64,000 nucleotides of DNA from Tubiluchus corallicola. Lineage: Eukaryota; Animalia; Priapulida. Below, piece by piece: positions 1 to 13,316 of the stretch. The position numbers and the translations under genes were made by a program. Below the pieces are notes generated by a model that did no database searches, was not told the origin of the DNA, and saw only the letters and a list, made by a program, of their open reading frames with translations. Within the stretch, counting starts at the first letter, position 1; every line of letters starts with the position of its first letter. The DNA lies in assembly GCA_030141605.1 (NCBI GenBank), contig JAQGDQ010000931.1:15593-79592 (forward strand). Direction: 5' to 3'.

Positions 1-1220
1 CCCATTTTCAAATCTGATAAAAAGTATACATTTTAACACAATTAAAAACCATTTCTGATAATTAAATAATAGATTAAAAACTTAATTGGTAGTGGGTAAG
101 CTCAACAATTATTGATCACATCACAAAGTAACAATTTTCAACAGCAAAAATATTCCACGAGCGTGTTGCGCGTGTTTGTGAAAGCGAAAATTGAAGTACA
201 GTGTTACTGTAAGATATTTAGTGTGTTGTTCTAAAACTAGGCAGCTAAAATTCAAATTTTACATTTACTGCTGTGCTCACGCATGAGCTGTCGAACATGT
301 GTAGTTCGTCAGAAATTAACACATCTGAAATGAGAGGCAGTCGCCTGTTTTTTGTGTAAGGCGTTTCCAAAATGCAGGCGCTAGTGCCTGTCTAACTAGC
401 GAATGGCGAAATGCATGTAGCAGTGAAGAACTAGTGGCACGAACATGGAAATGTGTTTGTGTGGTAATGGTTCTTTCACGTAAGTCATTTTTAAAAAAAT
501 AGCATGTTTCCTTTCAAATGGCAAGGGAAAAGAGTAGAACGTTTTGACGTACAGTTTAAGATTGGGTCAGGTTTTGCTTTAATTCACGTACTTTAAATAC
601 AGTGCTTTAATTACTACTCATATGTAGCAAAAAAATCATATGTTGCCAAATGAATAATAGTCTGCAATTTTGCATATTCGTATGTTTTTAGCACCCCTTT
701 TAGTTGACTGTTTGCTATCCCATATAGATATCCAAATATATATAAACTTAATAAGCACTTACATATTGTCAACTTTTCTAACTTCGTAAATGTGTTACTT
801 AAATCGTGACCTATGCGTCTAAAGAAACAAAAGTAAAAAAGTATTAATCACCATGTAAACATCCAAAAAATCAAATAACGGTTGTAAATATATTTAATTC
901 TGGGTAAATGAACTTCAGTCTAAACAAAAATCAATCAGTTAAAATAAAATTTGATAACTTTAGACCGATTAAATTGAATATTTATTGATTAAACTTAAGA
1001 GTGTTAACACGATAAAATAATATTTACGGCACAGGTGAAATAACAATTGTTTAATTAAACACGATGGAGCCTAATGAAGTTTACGTGAAGTTTAATTGAT
1101 ATAAGAAAATTGTGAGTTTTCTCTTCATCTAGAAACTAAAGCTGAAAATTCACAGAGACTGTAGCGTTTGAAAAATGCACATCAATAGGTAAAATCAAAA
1201 CTTAAACGATTAAAAGTAAT

Positions 1221-1721
1221 CAGAATACGCAATTAAAACTATACTCAACGTATGTTAAACATGTATTTTGGTATGTACTGTGGAAGTTGGAATTGTACAT
1301 TGTAGTTAGGTGCTGCCATCTATGTGCTAATCTTGTAACATTCTACTAGCTGACTTACCTTCAGAATACGCAATTAAAACTACACTCGACGTATGTTAAA
1401 CATGTATTTTGGTAGGTACTGTGGAAGTTGTAAATGTACATTGTAGTTAGGTGCTGCCATCTATGTGCTAATGTTGTTACAGTCTACCAGCTGACTTATC
1501 TTCAGTATAATTGTATGGTCCAGTGACTACATACACACTGGTCCTCTCCCTATGTAAAATTAATGGTTGTTGTGAAGCCTGTGCAAGTGCTGCCATCTAT
1601 GTGCTAATCCTGTACATTCTACCAGCTGACTTGCCTTCAGTATAATTGTATGTTCCAGTGAATACATACACACTGGTCCTCTCCCTATCTTAAATTAATG
1701 GTTGTTGTGAAGCCTGTGCAA
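1221..1721. repeat. Composite tandem repeat, 136-141-bp period
   Basis: Unit CAGAATACGCAATTAAAACT... occurs twice, then CAGTATAATTGTATG... twice. The core GTGCTGCCATCTATGTGCTAAT lies at 1310, 1451 and 1587. Confidence 0.85.
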
Positions 1722-2170
1722 CTCTGCATAGGTCAAGTTCTATACCTGTATACTGGCTGTGAAACAGGTTTTACTGACTGTTTTTGCTTTCTAGTTTTTG
1801 CTCAATGTTCAGTGCAGCAGTTTTGCTACTCATGTTTTCTGTAGTTTAATAAACACTTTTCTGTTGTGTGCAGTGCAAATATTTATTATAGATTTTTGGT
1901 TCCTATCCATACTTCTCTGTGCCTAAACTCAATCATAACAAAGTGACTGAACAACAACTTCAAAAATGACTTTCACAGGTACTAATATAAACTAGAAAAA
2001 GCTAAAATAGGAGAGAAAGTCAAATGTATAAAACACACATATAAATGAAAATACGTTACTCTCACCTAGCTACTTGCATAAATTCACTCCGCTGTTTTAA
2101 CACTGGGTTGGTCTGGTAAGCGTTTGTTAATGGCCCATTACCCTAAAATATGGAAACATAACAGCATATT

Positions 2171-2628
2171 TAGGGATGAGATTGACAAATTGCAAAAAAC
2201 TCTGAAACATGCCAGGGGTTTGGGGGCCGCACAGGCAGCAACAAATTGCAATTTTGTGACCATAGAAAGCCTCTAACTGGACTTAAAATATCAGTTACCT
2301 TGTTTCATGCATAATTTAAAATACCCAACTATCAAGGATACATGATACCTAATTGTCTAAAAAACGTCTAAGTACTGGCCGCTGCTATGCAAACGTTTAT
2401 AAAAACTGTCTACAATTGACTCAAATAACTCCACACAATTGATTCTATATTTTTATACATACAGATATACACGTGGTTACACTGATGTACGTGATGCAAA
2501 CAAAGTGACGGCCTGCCACCTAGCGGTCAGCTTGTGAAATAATGTAGTGGGTCCGATTTACAATAATGGCACTACTGGTCTTCCAAAAACTCGGAATTCC
2601 GAGTATCCGCGGAAAATTCTCATCCCTG
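2171..2628. mobile_element. Non-autonomous TIR element (MITE), copy 1
   Basis: Ends AGGGATGAGA / TCTCATCCCTG. The internal sequence is the reverse complement of 8768-9285. No clean TSD. Confidence 0.75.
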
Positions 2629-3157
2629 TTATTTGCTGTTTATAAAGTCACTTTAAAAAGTTGCAAAAAGAAGTGAAATTTAGTTTTCACGAGAATTATT
2701 TTAGTCATGCAAAAAATTAAAAGTCATCTTTTGATTCTTAATTCATTTACTGTTGAAATATGCAAGCCAGACAATTCCACTATTAAAATTCATCAATGAC
2801 ATTTTTACTTTTAGAAAAAGTGTTTTCTGAAAAGGCCTCCTGGGTCAAATTCCATTAGCGTGTTGTATCATCACATTACAGTCTTCCAGCAAGTAAACTG
2901 CTTTGCGTATACAAGCATACAACACCGAGTAAACACAACAACACAGACCCGTCGATCAACTAACGCTTACCATCCTACTGCGCATGTTCTTCGCAGTGGA
3001 CATGAACTCCGTGGTTCTGTCACGGCACGTCATATCCGGTTCTATTTGTTCTAATGTTTGAACTAACGGCACCCCTAGCAGCTCTCTTCTGTCTGTTCCT
3101 GTGAAAAAAATGCACAAATTGAATTGTAGAGTATCATATTTATTGCGCATGACCAGA

Positions 3158-3470
3158 ATAAACCATTAGACAACCTCACTCGACAACAATCCCACATAAA
3201 CCAATGGACAGCCTCACTCGACCATAATCCCACATAAACCAATGGACAACCTCGCTCGACAACAATCGCGCATAAACCAATGGACAGCCTCGCTCGACAA
3301 CAATCCCACATAAACCAATGAACAACCTCACTCGACAACAATCCCACATAAACCAATGGACAACCTCGCTCGACAACAATCCCGCATAAACCATTGGACA
3401 ACCTCGCTCGACAACAATCCCGCACAAACCAATGGACAACCTCGCTCGACAACAATCCCGCATAAACCAT
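3158..3470. repeat. 38-bp minisatellite, about 8 copies
   Basis: Unit AAACCAATGGACAACCTCGCTCGACAACAATCCCGCAT. It explains the repetitive ORFs at 3075-3565. Confidence 0.95.
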
Positions 3471-5636
3471 TTTGTATTGGAAATTCCTCTCTGTTGGGTA
3501 ATGGCGTTGAATGAAATCTCAAAGTACTTGTAATCTTTCACTACGTAATCAGTTACACGTAGCAATACCTGCGGTGGTCAACATCGCTTGTTTACCTGTA
3601 AATCTCTTGTATTTGCACTAACATAGCATTGTAAACAACCCGATAATCTTCTCTGATGCTGGATTCTAATTACAATTTACAGGTTAGGATTACGTCCGGT
3701 TTTGCTTTAACCACAAGAAAACTCTTCATTTAAATCTAAAACTATGTCAAATGTCTACAACTTATTTCTGCCGTGACTAGGAGTTCACTTAGAACTGTTA
3801 TTTGCAAAGGCAATAACAGCCACATATTTGACAAATTATCGTCGTAATCCTGCTTTTGTACGCAACAGATCTTATGGCAAATCTTGTCCGCTTACAACGG
3901 ATTTTGGATAAAACTGATTGCTGCTATGATCGAACATTCAGACAGTTCTGGCTATAAATGTTCAGACAAATCCGCTGTTAGCCAGACAGGAAGCATAGTT
4001 GGCAGGTGAAGTGCTACGCATCACACACGGCAGCATCTAACTAATACCAACGAACCAATGTAAAGTACCAGTGTAACATTTACCGCTTTAAAACGTCAGT
4101 TAAACGATATCTGTTTACTTCTTATATAAACTAGTCTTGATAACCACCTACTGTTCCTGTGTGACACAACAGTCACAACTTTGTGTTCTTTTTGAGTAGA
4201 ATCCAGAGTGCTTCGTCATCTCATGAGCCGAATCTCCACAAGCCACTCTTCCTACCCTTTTGAACATTCTTTTATCCATCACTTCTATCCTTACTTTGCA
4301 CAACTCTTTTTTAAATTGCCTAAAAACCTTCGTTTTTTTGTTCTTTTTTCTCAGTTTTTGGACGTGTTTATAATGGTGCAAGCACCTAACAAGTTTCACT
4401 GCCATTTATTATGTGCACGCTGTCATATAATCATTATTATTAATATCTACTTTTTAACTGTGTTTCCTGTATAATGTATTTACACTTCCAAATAAATTTA
4501 TTATTATTATTATTATTATAGTTACATTTATATTGTGCTTTAATAACCTAATTTTATGATAACAAGCTATCTTCTTGAAAACCATATAAATTTTACATGA
4601 GTATTAAACCAATTCACTATTATTATATTATTTTCGAACACACATGTACAGTTAAGTTATATAAGTGGTTCAATTAAAAGAAATTAGTAGACTAGCAGTA
4701 AAAGTAAAAATAAATATTCAACACTGACAATAAAAACAACAACAAAAACAAGCACGGATATTATTTACATACAAGAAAACAAAGCAATTAATTTAAAAAG
4801 ATACCACACATTCTAACATTTCTCTCAACTGATATTTTGATAAAAATTAAAATTTTTGTTTTTCATACAAGTTATAAAATTTTTTGCAAAGTTTATTGTC
4901 GCTAGCTGCCTGGAATCTAACTCGCATCCTTTTACAATTATATGAGTTAATACAAGAAAATTTGTAAATAAATCTTTTAGAGTAACATTATTTTCTATAA
5001 CAATTGTAATACAAGTTGAAACCCATTATTGACTTTACGTCATATAACGTCTGCTTGGATACAAAGTTAATTGTCGAGTTACTACTATTTTTACATATAA
5101 TTATTTTTATATACTACATAGAATTTAAAGGACAAGAAAAGGGGCACCTGAAGTAGGTTTCAGAAAAATCACCTTAAAAATTATATTACTTTATAGCAAT
5201 TTGATGCATATATCGTACTCGCACTGAAAGGAATTGTCGTTGTACTCATTTTAAATCTCCCGCAATGCTGTTCCGACATCGCCATTACATGACGTCACTA
5301 CGCCACGTAAATCAGTGGAAGAAAAGGCAATGTTAAATTATGACCCAAAAAACTTTCCGTGCAAATCTATTTTACTTAGCATTTCACTTACCTGCTGTAA
5401 AGACTTATGTAACTAAACTAATAATTTAAAATATTGTGAAAATTGGTAAAATGTCACCGACTCACCCTCCAGGGTGCGCCACTGACTAGCCAAAAACGTA
5501 TTTTTAATCTTATTGAAAAGACACAGTAATTTAAAATTTTACTTGATTAGCAACATGTATGCTACGAATGTTCTGATTATTTTTTCAAACTTTACTCAAT
5601 GTTATCTAAACATGTTTCTAACGACCTACGATTAAA

Positions 5637-5723
5637 ATGGCTGCGCCTAACGGTCATCGCGGGAGTTCAGATTTAGACGTTTTATACAGCGTTACGGCCG
5701 ATGCAAGCACTGCACACGAAAAG
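5637..5723 (+). CDS. Candidate first exon of methionine synthase (MAAPNGHRGSSDLDVLYSVTADASTAHEK)
   Basis: AAAATGGCTGCGCC (YY1-like ATG context) in a CpG-richer patch, followed by GT donors. The donor phase does not fit the 7417 acceptor, so the call is tentative. Confidence 0.25.
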
Positions 5724-6532
5724 GTAGTATGTAAGTGGTATAAAATTATTCAAGTTCCAACATGCGTAACCGTAATATCCTAGGTAACTATAAAGGCAAT
5801 GGCAAGAATTGAAATTGTGCACACAAAGTTTGAAAATACATCGAGCTGTGTCAGTACCCGACAGAAAAAAAGCTAGTAATATTAATAACACTTGTAATAC
5901 CTGTCTGATTCGAATGTCGCTGATATCCGTTTATGTACGAATGCTGATGAGCAGGGTTGTTTAGGGAATCCCGTTCGGAATGAGATTCACCTTCTGACGT
6001 ACGGCGACGGCGAGGCGTGGTCATCGGATCGACGAAACGAAGGCAGCGATTCTGGGCAAGTCATTCATCCAATCAGTGAGTGATCAGCTTGGATTTTGCA
6101 ACTATTTAATCATTCTGCATTTAATAATCAAGTAAAAAAATTTAATTTTGGCTGGAAATTTTAATTCCTATACTATTAGGTAATGAGACAGCAGGCTTAT
6201 TTTACATAGAGGCTGAAGCTGAGTCAGTTGCTACTACATCAGCTGACTCGCACAGTAAATCAGCTAGCTCAAGTCAGCTAAAGCTGTGAATTTTTGTTAA
6301 CTAAAGAAATAAAAATTGTAAGTTAACTGTTAAATATGGAGACAAATTTTTTAAATAATTCATTTGCTCATACACAGATGAAAAATTCAAATAATGCATT
6401 AGAGATTATAAAAAAGCAATGGATTTATAGCAAATATTTACAAGGCTTATCTGATTACAACAAATCAATACTAAAATAATTTCATACGTGTGACTTACGT
6501 TGCCTATATGTGTATTTAATTTTGAAATGACC

Positions 6533-6617
6533 AGTAGTAATGCCAACGTCACACGTAGGATGTAACCAAAGTGACAGAGGGGAGTGTTGGCACAACTGAA
6601 GCCATAGTGCTCTTACA
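6533..6617 (-). mobile_element. 5' fragment of the LTR family seen at 55978-56227
   Basis: The reverse complement matches TGTAAGAGCACTATGGCTTCA(A/G)TTGTGCCAACACTCCCCTCTGTCACTTTGGTTACATCCTAC. Confidence 0.75.
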
Positions 6618-7416
6618 TTCAGCATTATCTCAATTTTTAAACAAATACTGCGTATTTTCACAGAATTCTATACACAAAGTATTGACGAGCAATCGTGGAA
6701 GTAGCGCGGATAGTCGTAATGCGCCAAGCAATCGTGTCGAATAGGTAATCGCTCGGCGAAAACTGGATTCTCATAGAGTGCCAAAATAGAAAGAATATAC
6801 GGTATACCTATTCATGGGTATCCAAACGAAGTGGTGTAATCGATTTTGATATCAAATCCTACGAATTCTGACTTTTTCGCAGCTTAAAAATGTTTGCACT
6901 GTTTGATAAACTTTGTCCAGATTGTAATTTTGACAATGGTTGTTGACACAACTTCTCAACAATTTCACGAAACACGTAATCGGCAATACGAGAAATCTGC
7001 TACGCACTTAGTTACTCAACCGAAACAAACAGAGCATGCGCAAAGGCTGGCTCACAATTTTTGTACAGTAGAATCGTCACCCACGTGCCTACTTGCAATG
7101 CACCAAGTCAGTGTATTGCCTGTAGTGTTTGTTATCACTGTTGTGCAGTGAATTAAAGATTAATGCGTCTGGGCTTGTTAAAATTTATATGTTTCAGATA
7201 CGTGAATTCATTTAAACTACGTGCTAATTCCTTAAAGTACGTGCGGCACTTTTTCAATTTATTTTGTGTTAACAACTGTGCATGTTAATGTTATCATTAC
7301 CTACTTTCGAGATTTTATTGTTAAATTAATTAATTCATTAATGATTTGAAAATCATGAAAATACAATTCTAGGCAAAAGCAGTTTTGACCCTATGACAAG
7401 CCTCCTGTCTTTGCAG

Positions 7417-7639
7417 ATATTCATTCTATTCCACAAGCATGGTGGCAAACAAAATTACGGAGGTTCTTCGGGAGAGGATAATGATCATAGATGGTGCAAT
7501 GGGCACCATGATTCAGCGTCAGAAACTAACAGAGGACAACTTTCGGGGAGAGGAATTCAGAAACCATTCTGTGAAGCTTCAGGGCAACAATGATATACTC
7601 AGCATTACTCGTCCACAATTAATCTACGATATACATTTG
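7417..7639 (+). CDS. MTR: Cobalamin-dependent methionine synthase, exon (homocysteine-binding domain N-terminus)
   Basis: [16 protein letters not shown]...EEFRNH...[21 protein letters not shown]. Acceptor TTGCAG at 7416 (5' boundary uncertain); donor GT at 7640, at the conserved phase-0 intron position. Confidence 0.9.
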
Positions 7640-8029
7640 GTGCGACTATAAATAGTGATGTTAACCATTTAATAATTTTGTGACTTTTGTCATATATTTT
7701 GTCTAACGACCTTCATAGACAAGATTGCACTTCCATGAATAGTGTGCAGTCCAAATTATTATGAAGTCATAAGTTAAGGAATAGAATGCAAGTTAAGTTT
7801 GAAAGATTTCAACTACGACTTCATGTGTACGTAATGTGTTATGCGTGATCCGTAATGCGTTGTGCATATACAACAGTTTATATCTAAACTTGTGTAAGTG
7901 TTTCTATGTGTACGTAATGCACAATAATAGAAATAATTTCGTTTACGACATGGTCTAAGGATAACACCTTAAATACCTCAATACTTATTTCCGAGATGGT
8001 CCCGATTATTATTACCCGCACGTTACGTC

Positions 8030-8160
8030 GATAAACCCGCGTGCTCGGTCAAAGAACCATCGGTACCATTTTTCAAGTCTTTGGTTTGATTCGGTCGAGA
8101 GTTGAAACCCGCTACCTTCCGGGTGGGAAGCAAGCACACTACCATTGAGCTATGCCACCC
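8030..8160 (-). mobile_element. tRNA-derived SINE head
   Basis: The minus strand reads GGGTGGCATAGCTCAATGGTAG (A box)...GGGTTTCAACTCTCG (B box-like), then CCAAAGACTTGAAAAATGGTACC, typical of a SINE body. No intact cloverleaf. Confidence 0.65.
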
Positions 8161-8767
8161 GATCACAATCTGCTCGATCCATATTCACTCGAACGTGATG
8201 GCTATTGTTTGAATACGCATCACGCAGCAATACACAGATAGGAAATCATCATTGCCTAGGTGGTTATAGTGAGTTTTCTACACTATTATTCCTACACATT
8301 ATTTCTACACTTACATCTTGCTACATTTGCAAACAGCGACCAAAAATGGCGGAAAGGACTCCGTGAGCTTTGTTAATGCGCGTAGCATTCACTGACACAT
8401 GGAAATAGTCAATACGCATTACAGATCACGCATTACGCAGTTCGTGCACATGGAGTCATTGCTTAACACGTATTTCATAAGTGTAGGAGTTGACCTAATA
8501 CGTGTGCAGTCATTGTTACCTTGTCGAGCAAAGACTTGGGCACTGATGAACACGCTGATTCAGGCGGACTGCAGGGTGATGCGTAAGTGCGAGTGTGATG
8601 GAGTGACAGCATTCAGAGTAAAGAGATTGCAAGAAGATGATTGAGTGAGATTGATGATAAGCTGTGGTGAAGAATAATCATCATTCTTCATCGTCATGTG
8701 GTGAGAGACCGAAGATGGGAATTTGGTGAGGGGAGAAGATGTGGGTTGAAGTAAAAGTCACGAAACA

Positions 8768-9285
8768 CAGGGATGGTAATTTTCCACGGATACGTGGAAT
8801 TCCGAGTTTTTGGAAGACCAGTAGTGCCATTTTAGTAAATCGCGTAAATTCGTTGAGAAAATTTTTACGGACCCAGTACATTATTTCACAAGATGACCGC
8901 TAGTTGGCAGGCCGTCACTTTGTTTACATCATGTACATCAGTGTAACCACGTGTATATCTCTATGTATAAAAATATAGAATCAATTGTGTGGAGTTATTT
9001 GAGTCAATTGCAGACAGTTTTTATATACTTTTGCATAGGAGCGGCCAGTAGTTAGGTTTGAGACAATTAGGTATCATGTATCCTTGATAGATGGGTATTT
9101 TAAATTATGCATGAAACAAGGTAATTCATATTTTAAGTTCACTTAGAGGCTCTCTATGGTCACAAAACTGCAATTTGTTGCTGGCTCCCAGGGGGCTTTG
9201 CCCCTCAACCCCATTGCGGGCCTAGGTGGCCCCAAAACCCCCGGCCTGTTTCAGAGTTTTTTGCAATTTATCATTCTCATCCCTG
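8768..9285. mobile_element. Non-autonomous TIR element (MITE), copy 2
   Basis: CAGGGATGGTAAT ... ATTCTCATCCCTG. Inverted copy of 2171-2628, inside an MTR intron. Confidence 0.75.
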
Positions 9286-9335
9286 GAAACCCGGAGGGTA
9301 GACCAGTCTACTGGGAAAACCAAAGAACATCACAG

Positions 9336-9770
9336 GTAGAGTGTGTGCAAGATAATGGGAAGTTGATTAGAATTGAAGAAAAATTGGTACATGTGTATTG
9401 TTACTGTTACACTATCTGTACACAACCCACTATAATCATTAGTGTTTTTGTCTAATAAAATAAGAAAACTATAAATGAGAATGTGGATGCAGTACTTAAT
9501 CTATAGCAGTGTTGTCATTTTGATTTTATTTAGAAAATTTGATTTCAAATGTGATTTATGCTACAGTTACAACTGAGCTGCGGAATGCTATGTTTCAGCG
9601 CTCTTAAAGGATGTATACGTTGTATTTATTTTACAATTGTCATTTAAACTTAGGGACATATAAAAAAGAAATTTGCAAAAACTGTGTATAAAGTATAATT
9701 TTAATTTTTATTGCCACTGTATAGAAATATTCAGGTGCGGTGGTGCCACCATTCACTTTGAAAATTATGA
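9336..9770. repeat. Left arm of a ~410-bp inverted duplication (partner 12712-13149)
   Basis: Near-identical reverse complement of 12712-13149; identity decays at the inner edge. Confidence 0.9.
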
Positions 9771-9927
9771 TGTAACTGGGGTGGACTTCATGACTTTTCG
9801 TTATTACATCGTGGCTTTCCGTGAGTGCACCCTGCTTAAACTAATTCAGATTTCTGCAGCTTTCCTAATGTTCAGGCAAAAATATCACAAAATTAGCTGT
9901 CTATTTTTTTCTAAAAACTTATTATAT

Positions 9928-10266
9928 TGTAACGGATCCGGGTCCTTTCCAGCCGCGGATCCGTCTCAGGATGTATCGAGCGGCATACAAGTTATGAAAT
10001 ACTTTACAGCAGACGAGAAAAGTAAAAAGAATACGAATGTAAAATAAACTTTAATGCACAACCAGTAGCTCCATGACATGTGAACAGATTTTTGTATAAA
10101 GATCAGCAAACCTACAGCATTTACCCTTACAGGCAGAAAGGCCAGGTTGGAATCATCAAATTACGGCATGCATTCTGTTTTATACAGGTACATTTGCATT
10201 ACTGGGCTTCTTCAACCATACCCATTACTAACATTAGGGGGTTGGTCATAATCTGCCTTCGTAACA
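9928..10266 (-). mobile_element. Solo LTR, Gypsy-like
   Basis: Termini TGTAACG...CGTAACA with a 4-bp TSD ATAT on both sides. An ATTAAA signal on the minus strand near 10050 sets the orientation. Confidence 0.65.
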
Positions 10267-10772
10267 ATATGTTAAACTATTGAGGGACGTGATTCGTTGC
10301 TTTTTATTCAGTCAACGAGCGATGTAGCCGGTGGGAAAATGGGAGTTAAAAACGGGAGCGCCAAATCGTGAAATGGTGGCGACTTTACCAATTATACCTT
10401 GTGCTTGTAAATCACGCTTTTATTAATAAATCGTTCTAACATTTTTCTCAGACATTGAAAAAAGCCTAACTTCCTGTAAAGCTTGTACTTTCCTTTAAAG
10501 CGAAAATTTGTTTCACATGTTAATTGTGTTGCAAAAGATTTAAAACGGTAACTGAGTACATTTGTCATTTTGTGCACATTTTTTTGTTTCTGTTTTTTTT
10601 ATTTTTTCGATACTTAAACTCGTGTGGTAATGAAAATCTGCTACATTCCATTCTGCCACGCATAAATTATTGCACAAAGTGATGCGAGTGTTCGATTTTC
10701 CTGGCATTACAGTGAATGAACGAAGGAGTGGATGAATAAGTGAACGAATGAAAAACAGAAGGTGTGAATGAA

Positions 10773-10847
10773 TAAGTAAGTAAGTAAGTAATTTATTGTC
10801 ATTATAGCATGATACATACAATGAAATTGATGGGGTTTTACGTACTG
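10773..10847 (-). mobile_element. 3' end of a non-LTR retroelement with (TTAC)n tail
   Basis: (TAAG)n-AATTTATTGTCATTATAGCAT. A second copy lies at 52641-52713. Confidence 0.55.
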
Positions 10848-11006
10848 CAGTAACTTATAGAAACAACAAGGAGATTAACACAAATAATTCAATCAATAAA
10901 TCAATGATTGAATGATTAATTGACTAAGTGATGGAACGAGTAAATGTTAAGCAGCATTACCGGATGTTTCTTCTTTATTAATTAAACTTTTTTCAACATG
11001 TTGCAG

Positions 11007-11096
11007 GAGTATCTTGAAGCAGGTGCTGACATTATTGAAACAAATACGTTCAGTGGTACCAGAGTTGCACAGGCTGACTATGGAATGGAAGAGATG
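11007..11096 (+). CDS. MTR: Methionine synthase exon
   Basis: [30 protein letters not shown], 90 nt, flanked by TTGCAG and GTTAGT, in phase with the previous exon. Confidence 0.95.
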
Positions 11097-11144
11097 GTTA
11101 GTAAAAAAAAAATATCGTGTGTGTAAATCTTGTAATGTCTGTGA

Positions 11145-11674
11145 CCCTGGTTCCTAACCTTTGGGCTCCCTGTACCCCTATTTCATTTTACACTATCTCC
11201 TAGTACCCCTTTTCCCGGTATAAGCAAAATGAAGAACTAACACTGATGTAATGTCGTGAATATATTTATTGTATGTATTATTCGTAACGCTACAATCAAG
11301 CGCAAATAATGAGAGTTCAATGAGATGGCTGCTGTTGCATAGTAGAAATTAACTTTTTGAATCGGGATTCAGTTTTCGACAGACTGACTCTCATGTCTCC
11401 GCGGATGTGATGGCGGTCTCGGGCTTTTGTCTTGATTGTCACCTTCTGCCTGCTTCACACTGCAAGAAGTTCACTGAAGCCTTACAGTGGACAGGGGTCA
11501 AGACCTCGACCGGAAACCACGGTTTGTCTGCAAAGTCGACAGAGATGTCTTGATCACCTGCTGATTATTATATAACACTACTTTTTTAAAATTGTCTAAG
11601 AGGCTTCTGAGGTACCCCTTGTGGTGTTCACTGGTACCCCCAGTGGTACTAGTACCCCACTTTGGGAACCGAGG
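11145..11674. mobile_element. hAT (Charlie-like) MITE
   Basis: TIRs CCCTGGTTCC / GGAACCGAGG, subterminal GTACCCC repeats, degenerate 8-bp TSD GTCTGTGA / ATCTATGA. Confidence 0.7.
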
Positions 11675-12063
11675 ATCTATGAGCTTCAAGCAATTTTTCT
11701 TTCTTTACCTGTCATCAGCATCTTTACTTCTTCATAATTAAACACATATAATTTTCTGTTTTTTTTCTATATACTTTGTCATTCTTAAATGTTCATGTTT
11801 GTCTGTACTTATCCAATTGTTCCTGTAAAGTGTTTTTTGTGTATCATCTGTGTTTGTTACTGCCTCTACCCATTTAGTTTGTTTAAACACCCAGTTGGTT
11901 TACATGTCATTTAATTCAGGTGGATTTTTTACTGTGCAGAGTAGTTTATTTTGCACAATATTGCTTGATGAATTTAATTTGCATGTTACGCAGCATTTTA
12001 CACTTGTAGTTTCTTAGTGCCATCGGCAAAAATTACTGCATAAATAATTGAAATGGTGTAATT

Positions 12064-12563
12064 CAGGGGTGTGCAAATTGCGGCCCGCGGGCCACTTGAG
12101 GCCCGCCGAGAGAATTTGTGTGGCCTGCGAAGAGATTTGTCAACCTAATGAAAGTGCGGCCCAGGCGATTAATTGAGTGTATTGAGTGTATCCAGCTGAA
12201 GTCCGTGCCATGATCCCAAAGATAGTGCGGGTAGTTTTTTCTACTAGATCGAAACCCTTACAAGACGGTTGTAGCTTAATGTCACTGTACTACACAGACT
12301 GTGTGATACACATTACTAATATGCATTGTAATGAAATTACCACTATCTGTCCTGAAAGTAGAAATATATGGTTTGTAATATAAATTTTAATAACTTCTAA
12401 AATAGTTTCTTGAGTGTAGTAGTAATGATGTACGCAGGTCGGATGCAAAAAATCGTTATTATGTCCTACTGTACTTGGCTCCTTGATCAAACTGCCTGTG
12501 GCCCACAGGAATTGCAGGAAAGTTTAATGTGGCCCTGCTAGTCAGATAATTTGCACACCCCTG
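12064..12563. mobile_element. hAT MITE
   Basis: Perfect 16-bp TIRs CAGGGGTGTGCAAATT / AATTTGCACACCCCTG and perfect 8-bp TSD GTGTAATT. Confidence 0.95.
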
Positions 12564-12711
12564 GTGTAATTGCCTTCTTGCCTATAGTGCATTATTATCA
12601 CTAGAATGTTTACACTTAGAAAGATTGAAAGAATTGGATTTTGACTGGCACACAAAGAAAAAGTACTTACTAATGAATTATTTTGTGTCGAAATTATACA
12701 ATCGAGGTTTC

Positions 12712-13149
12712 CAATTTCAAAGAATGGTTTAATACTTTCACCGCACCTGAATATTTGTACAAAGAGTAAAGTATAAAAAATTAAAATTATACTTTATACA
12801 CAGTTTTTGCAAATTTCTTTTTTATATGTCCCTAAGTTTAAATGACAATTGTAAAATAAATACAACGTATACATCCTTTAAGAGCGCTGAAACATAGCAT
12901 TCCGCAGCTCAGTTGTAACTGTAGCATAAATCACATTTGAAATCAAATTTTCTAAATAAAATCAAAATGACAACACTGCTATAGATTAAGTACTGCATCC
13001 ACATTCTCATTTATAGTTTTCTTATTTCATTAGACAAAAACACTAATGATTATAGTGGGTTGTGTACAGATAGTGTAACAGTAACAATACACATGTACCA
13101 ATTTTTCTTCAATTCTAATCAACTTCCCATTATCGTGCACACACTCTAC
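12712..13149. repeat. Right arm of the ~410-bp inverted duplication
   Basis: Reverse complement of 9336-9770. Confidence 0.9.
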
Positions 13150-13316
13150 TGTCATAAGGTTTCTTCTTCTGCAAATAATTACTCAATACCAGAGGATGGA
13201 GTTTAAGAAATTCGTAAAGAGTAAAGGTTCCTGTTTCTTGTGGTCCCACTACTAAAAAAATTTGGCAGTGGACTGCACGAAATGTTGTGGTTCCAGAATT
13301 CTCGGTGGTACTTATC

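Noticed and set aside
3075-3565. Cys/Val-rich repetitive ORFs
   Set aside because: They are translations of the 38-bp minisatellite in several frames.
8085-8160. tRNA gene
   Set aside because: A and B boxes are present, but I could not fold a convincing cloverleaf, and the sequence continues into a SINE-like body.
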